Positions 58,387 through 64,000 of a stretch of 64,000 bases of DNA are shown here, piece after piece (position 1 is the first letter of the stretch; the number at the start of each line of letters is the position of its first letter). Both the position numbers and the translations under genes were made by a program. The notes beneath the pieces were generated by a model that was not told the origin of the DNA, did not search any database, and saw only the letters and a program-made list of their open reading frames with translations. The DNA lies in the NCBI RefSeq assembly GCF_009914755.1, contig NC_060934.1. One strand, given 5' to 3'. This stretch comes from the human T2T-CHM13v2.0 reference genome, Homo sapiens.

Positions 58387-59609
58387 ATTTCACAAATATG
58401 TAATGGTATGTTTATTAAGGAAAACCAAAGCTTCCCACAAAATCATAAATGAAGTCAATGTGTATAAAATTTTCCTTTTAAAATTGAGCAGGCTTCTTTA
58501 AAAGATCTTTTATTCCCCATTGGAAAAAAGAAGGGTGTGAACATTTGTTTCCTACAGAGTTTAATTAATAGCCTATTGTAATAACTTTCACTTAAAGCCA
58601 TTCACACATACTCACCAAATAAGTTTTTTTTTTTCATTTTTATGGCTGGAAGAACATAATTCAATGTTACACTTTATATTCGGATCATGCAGATCATATT
58701 TACAGAATATTATTTTACATTACTTTTCTATTACCTTGCATTTCGTCTTGTTTTAGAATATTTAATACCTTCAGCAACATTGCTGATACAGATTTATGCG
58801 ATCCTTGATGGTTCACTCAATGACGGTACATGCCCTCAATTTAAAGCCACTTAAAAAAAAAAAAAAGATTTGTAATAACTTGCTCCGATATTACCAGTGT
58901 GAAGATTTTTATTGACTCATCCTTTTGGAAATATGCACGTGCAAATGTTTATACTTTGTGCCAATATGTGTATATGAATTTACATGACATTGCCTTTTCC
59001 CTGAGTTTATATCATATTTCAGGTAACGGTGGGTTGGTGGTATAGCATGTAAAGAATGTTATCAATGATTAAATTTAAATTTACAAGAAAAACATGATTA
59101 ATAGCGATAACTATAGGTATTGATGATAAAGCTCCCAAGTAAATTAAAAATGAGTCTTTAAAGAAACCACAATGGTTTTTCAGCATCATTTTGCATACTA
59201 TCCTCTTCAAAGAAAATTAAGATGCCTTTTATGGAAAGTCTTGAAATTTCTCTTCATTTAATCCTGTGGATTTAAATTATTTATTTATTACATCAATTCT
59301 AGTACTCAAAGGCACATGAAATAGGAAAAATATTTTGGAAAATTTTTCTTCATGTTGAGTAACCAGTTACATCTATACAAAGCAGGCATTACTAAACTAT
59401 GGTCTTTCCTCTTCTCTTAGATGGTGTGTTTCCACCTGCAGAAAGGGTGGTAGAGATAAAGCGGGGTGTGACTTTGACAAGCGTATTATATGAATATTTG
59501 AAACTCTTTGTATATTCCTCAAAGAGAGATAATAGCAAAGAAAGTATATAATGAACTTCCTTTTGCAATATATAGTCTTTATTCTCCTTTATTATAATTC
59601 ATTTGATTA

Positions 59610-60480
59610 TTTATTAGTTCTTACATTCAAGAAACACCTACTCAGTGATGATTATGTCTCAGTGGACACTGAGGACATTACAGTGAACAACACATACACA
59701 GTGTCTCTTCTAGAGCTCACATTCTGGTGATGGTGGCAGGGGAAAAAGATAAAACTGTGTACGGAAATAAGCGAAATACTTTCAGATGGTAATAAGTGCT
59801 ATGAAAAAATAAATACAACAGGGTGATGAAAGAGAATCGTGGAGGCAATGACTGTGTGGGTCAGGGTAGACTTCCCTGGGAGGGTAGCATTTGAGTTTGA
59901 ACCTGAATGACAAGAAGGAACCAAACAAAAGTGTGGGTAGAGGATTCCAGATGAAGTAAACACAATAGAAAGGCAGTAAGGTACGGAAAAGTTTGACACA
60001 TTAAAAGAGACAGAAAACATGAGGCCAGGTTGGAATGGTTGGTAGAGGCAATGTCATACATAGGGCCCTGTAAGTAGACTGCTTTTCTAAGAGATTTCGA
60101 GAGCATTAGAGGAGTTTAAGGTGAGATGAGACATGATCTGATTTATGTTTTATGAGTAGAAAAATGGATTCCACTAATAATCTTGGAAGAAAAATTGGAT
60201 TGTAGAGTAGTGGGAGAAAAAGGGATACCACTTGGGAAGCCATAGCAGTAATCGAAGCAAAATATAATGGTGGCTTGTGCCAAGATGGCAGTGTGGGAGA
60301 TGAAAGAAATGTGGTATAATTTGACAGTGCATGGATTAGATGTGGGTGTGAGAGAAAGATAAATTAGGAATGACTTGTATGTTATTATGTAATTAAGTGA
60401 ATGGTGGTACCATTTTCTGAGATGGAAAAAAGTGAGATACTTCATCTTTGAGAGTACAAGACAAGATTTCTGTTCTGACG
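59610..60480 (-). mobile_element. L2
   Basis: cattcaagaaacacctactcagtg...cagtgaacaac...tagagctcacattctgg...gtagcatttgagtttgaacctgaatgac. Confidence 0.8.
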
Positions 60481-60762
60481 GTAGATATACATTCAGATAT
60501 ATATTCCTGAAAGCTCAATTGAGAGATGAGAATGTGGAGGTAGTGTTCTGCTGACTAAACCAGGCATAGGGGAAAGATTGATGAAAGTTGCTCTCTTCTA
60601 ATTAAAGTAGTTGTTTTACATACATCAGATTAAATGGCAAATTTGGATATTTAACAGATTTCATAGATATGGATATTCATAAATATTTTCAATTCTTTAT
60701 GAGAAATATTTTTAGTAAACTGAAAATTCCTTCCTATTTTATGCAAACTAATATTCTTAAAG

Positions 60763-61244
60763 CAGCAGTTCTGAAAGTGTGATCAGGGACACTTTTAGGG
60801 GATCCTTGAGGTCAGAAGTATTTTCATAATAGCACTATCTTTTTTGTCTTCTTCTGTCTCATTTTCTCAGTAGTATACAGTGAAGTTTTTTAGAGGCCAC
60901 ATGGTGTGTGGTATAGCAGCAGACTGAATGCAGAAACAGAGAATACAGCTGCCTTCTGTTAAGCTAGACATCAATTAGATTTCTCCAAAGTGTAAAACAA
61001 TGGCATGCTTTGTATTAACATTTTTGTTTTAAAAATGTAGTTAATTTTAATTAAAATGTATTATTTAACATGTAATAGATTTATTATTATTTTTAAGTGA
61101 ATAAATATTTGAAACATTTCTCCATTTTAATATCAAATAGAGTAAACATCCATAGAAGTAACCCACGTAATCAAAAGCTTCTTAAGGTTTTCACTAATAT
61201 TTAATAGCATAAGGAAGTCTGGAGACTAAGTTTGAGAACCATGG
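60763..61244. mobile_element. hAT-Charlie element (Charlie4a-like)
   Basis: Termini cagcagttctgaaagtgtg...aagtttgagaaccatgg; core gactgaatgcagaa...aagctagacat...tgtaaaacaatg. Confidence 0.75.
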
Positions 61245-62309
61245 CCTTAAGCCATATGACTTGAGGGCATATATGACCATGTGGTTGTTTGTTTCAGAAA
61301 GTAGAATGTGATTAGTTTAAGGTTCAACATATCAGATACTGATGTTTCTCCTCCACATCACACATATCTAGAACCGTGTTACAAAAGAAATGTCTCTTAA
61401 ATAGTCTTGATAAATTAGAAGCAGAAAAATTTCTGTAAAGGCTAACATTTAAATCTAGTGCAAATAGCCAACACAGATCAACAATAGGCAAGTCAATTCC
61501 ATTGAAGTGCTTATTGTTCTGTTAATTACATTCCATTTCACAGTATGAAAGGTATCCTTGATACATTTTGTGGGTTCTGTTTGTACACTTTCTGATGTTC
61601 AAGATTTGGGAATTGGATTGGATTCCCCAATGCTTATTCTGAGTTAGCGTCGCAGAACATTGAAATTTTATTTTTTTGTAGTTAGACTTACAGTTCTAAA
61701 GGAATAAAGGAAAACAGATATTCTTTGAATTCAACCAGCATTTTGGAGAGAGGAAATGGTTTTATACTGTGCTTATTTTTCACTTAAAATAATCTTAGAA
61801 GATATAACATTTCATCTTTTGAAGTCTCAGTACAATAACTTCTCTAATACTATAATGTTTTCAAATTAAACAAGATAATACATTACTGTATACATGGTCC
61901 CAGTGTAGTACTCTCTGTGTATATGTAAACCTACATTGTGAGCTACCGATTGGATGTCTCTTTTAAAGTTTTCTTGCTAAGTAAATGTTTGAAATGTCTA
62001 CATATTTCTCTTGTGATGCATTTTGCAAAGAGCTTTTTCATTTGCTAGTACCTTTGCTTGTTTTTGATATTTCAGCACCATTAGCATTTTCTTGGGATAA
62101 GTTAAATTTTTTAAAATGCTGTTTTTACTTCTTTTTCTTGGAAAAACAACTTTCTTCTTTCTTCTCTTAAAAAGACAGCTCTTATGAGGTAAGCAACATT
62201 GGAAGATAAAAGGCTTACTCCAACACATACGACATTATATTGTTATGAGTAATTAATTTTAGGGTTTGTTTTCTATGCAAATTATATAGTTCAGTGATGC
62301 CTTAGGATG

Positions 62310-62455
62310 GAAGACTACAGTGAAATGAAGAGAGCTAGGTTTTGGAACTTGGCAGACATGAACTTGAATTCTGATTCTGCCATATAACCAGCTAAGTAAT
62401 CTTGAGGAAATTATCTAACCTTTTTAGTCATTCCTTCCTCATTTGTCACATAATA
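62310..62455 (+). mobile_element. MIR
   Basis: ggcagacatgaacttgaattctgattctgcca...ttcctcatttgt. Confidence 0.7.
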
Positions 62456-62539
62456 TATGTCAAGCATCAAGTCCTGTGTCTGGCACGTGGGAGTGGCCGT
62501 TACCCATTGATCTGCCCTGCTTCCCTACTAGATTCTGCA

Positions 62540-62790
62540 CTCACCACTTCATACTTCTGGCTCAACTTCCTCGAATGCTCGCTTGTCTGTGTGCCTTGTA
62601 AATTTTCCTCTGCTTGGCATACATGCTCTGAAGCACTATTGCTCTTCAGAGTTGATGTAGAAGTTGGCTCTTCTAAGAAGTCTGCTTTGACACCTTCTGA
62701 CTGGGCTGGACTGTTGTCTCTGAAGTTCCTAACAGCCTCTGTGTTCCTCTCTATAAGCACACTGGTCAGATTGGGTTTTGTTCATTTCGT
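62540..62790 (+). mobile_element. L2 fragment
   Basis: ttcctctgcttggcat...ctcttctaagaagtctgctttgac...gactgggctgg...ctgtgttcctctctataagcac. Confidence 0.5.
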
Positions 62791-62799
62791 TTCTCCAAT

Positions 62800-63073
62800 T
62801 TGTTAATTCATGAAATGCTTATTTTGTATAAAAATCGTTCCAGACAGAATACGAAGTTTCTATTAACATGGTGCTTATATTTTAATGAGGAAAATACATA
62901 ACTTAAAAAGTAAACAAATATTTATAGTGTGTTGATATAATACAGGGAATAAACTCCCATGATTTATGGCTTTCAGGCTTGTGGTCATTTCTCTGCAAGA
63001 CAATTGGGACCAAATAGCTAAATTTTATAACACTCAATCAGTAGTTCACAACTGATTTTTTCAAATGTCTGGG

Positions 63074-63108
<35 letters not shown>

Positions 63109-63875
63109 CCAGGAGGTAATAATGGCTATGAAAACCAAAGCATGGCAAGGGGATAGTGTGACATGTGGGATGGGGAAGGAATTGCTATGTTATGTAAGGT
63201 GCTCAGGGAAGGCCTCTGTAAGTTGAGCATTGAGCAGAGACATGAATGAGGTGACAATAGATAGTGCTGATATTTGGGGAGAAGAGCATTTTATGCAGAG
63301 GGAATAAATGTGCAAAGCTCTGAGTCAGGATTATGATTGGCATGTTCAACAAGCAGTATGGAAGCCAGTGTGGCATGAGTGGGGTGAGTCATTGCAGGGG
63401 TGGGGGGGTGGGGGAGTTGGGTAACAAAACCAATTAAATAACTGAGCTCTGATGGTATTGTAGCCCATTCTAAGAATTTTTATTATTATTTTTAAAAATC
63501 AAGATGGGAATCCACAGGAGGATTTGAGCAAAAGAGCACCATGCTCTAAGCTGTGGCTAATAAGGGACTTTCTTCCAGCGATGTAGAATAAACTTTCTGG
63601 TACCAAGCACACATATCAGCTAGAAAGCTATTAAATAGTCAAAGAGGCAGATAATGATGACTCGGACTAAGGTCATTATCCAAAAACATTGAGGTGGTAA
63701 GAAATGGTCAAATTTAGGAACTGTTTTGAAAGCTCAGCCAATAGTATTTGCTAATGGATTGGACTGGAAATGGTATGTGAGACACAGTGAGGAGTGAAAG
63801 ATGACTCCAAGTTTTTGGCCTAAACAGTTGGAGTAATGGAGTGGCCTTTTACAGAAATTGAGAAGACTAACTGAC
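62800..63875 (-). mobile_element. L2 (fragmented), with (CA)n at ~63076-63107
   Basis: cagggaaggcctctg...gcaaagctctgag...gatgactccaagtttttggcctaaacagttgg. Confidence 0.75.
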
Positions 63876-64000
63876 AAAACTCTCAGGGAATACCTAGGGT
63901 ACAGTAATAATCATGTGCTTATTTATTGTATCAGGGATTGGCTAAATTGTGGTAACAAAGAGCTCTCAAAATATGATGATTCAAATAAGATTTAGGTTTC

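Noticed and set aside
58387-58501. ORF2 fused to 38 flank-derived codons
   Set aside because: Chance read-through after truncation and a frameshift in the A-run; ORF1 upstream is broken and the endonuclease domain is incomplete.
62500-62760. 86-aa protein-like minus-strand ORF (MLIERNTEAV...) and overlapping 134-aa plus ORF
   Set aside because: The DNA resembles a decayed L2/MIR; no recognisable protein family, splice signals or poly(A)/TSD of a retrocopy.
63928-64000. Possible start of an MLT1-type LTR at the window edge
   Set aside because: Too short and diverged to call.

Overview
AT-rich primate (hominoid, most likely human) genomic DNA from inside the very large PRKG1 gene (cGMP-dependent protein kinase 1), transcribed on the + strand. 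The only host coding sequence is one 167-bp internal exon (45778-45944), the first exon shared by the PKG1-alpha and -beta isoforms, encoding the start of cGMP-binding domain A. Everything else is intron, filled with Alus, L1s of many ages, L2/MIR/L3, MaLR/ERVL/ERV1 LTRs, hAT DNA transposons and microsatellites; nearly all other ORFs in the track are repeat-derived or chance. I find no new multi-gene system. The most unusual structures are: (1) a young L1PA3/4-type element with an intact 5' end that stops ~230 nt into ORF2, has no poly(A), and is still flanked by a perfect 17-bp duplication, retaining sense/antisense promoter sequence and a 165-aa extended ORF0; (2) a pre-miRNA-sized hairpin made by an inverted duplication inside an MLT1D LTR; (3) an Alu whose poly(A) tail is replaced by a G-tract; (4) a ~97-bp MIR segment copied locally into an L2 near the exon; (5) an old twin-primed, 5'-inverted L1MA. 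Repeat subfamily names come from recalled consensus sequences and repeat boundaries are approximate.
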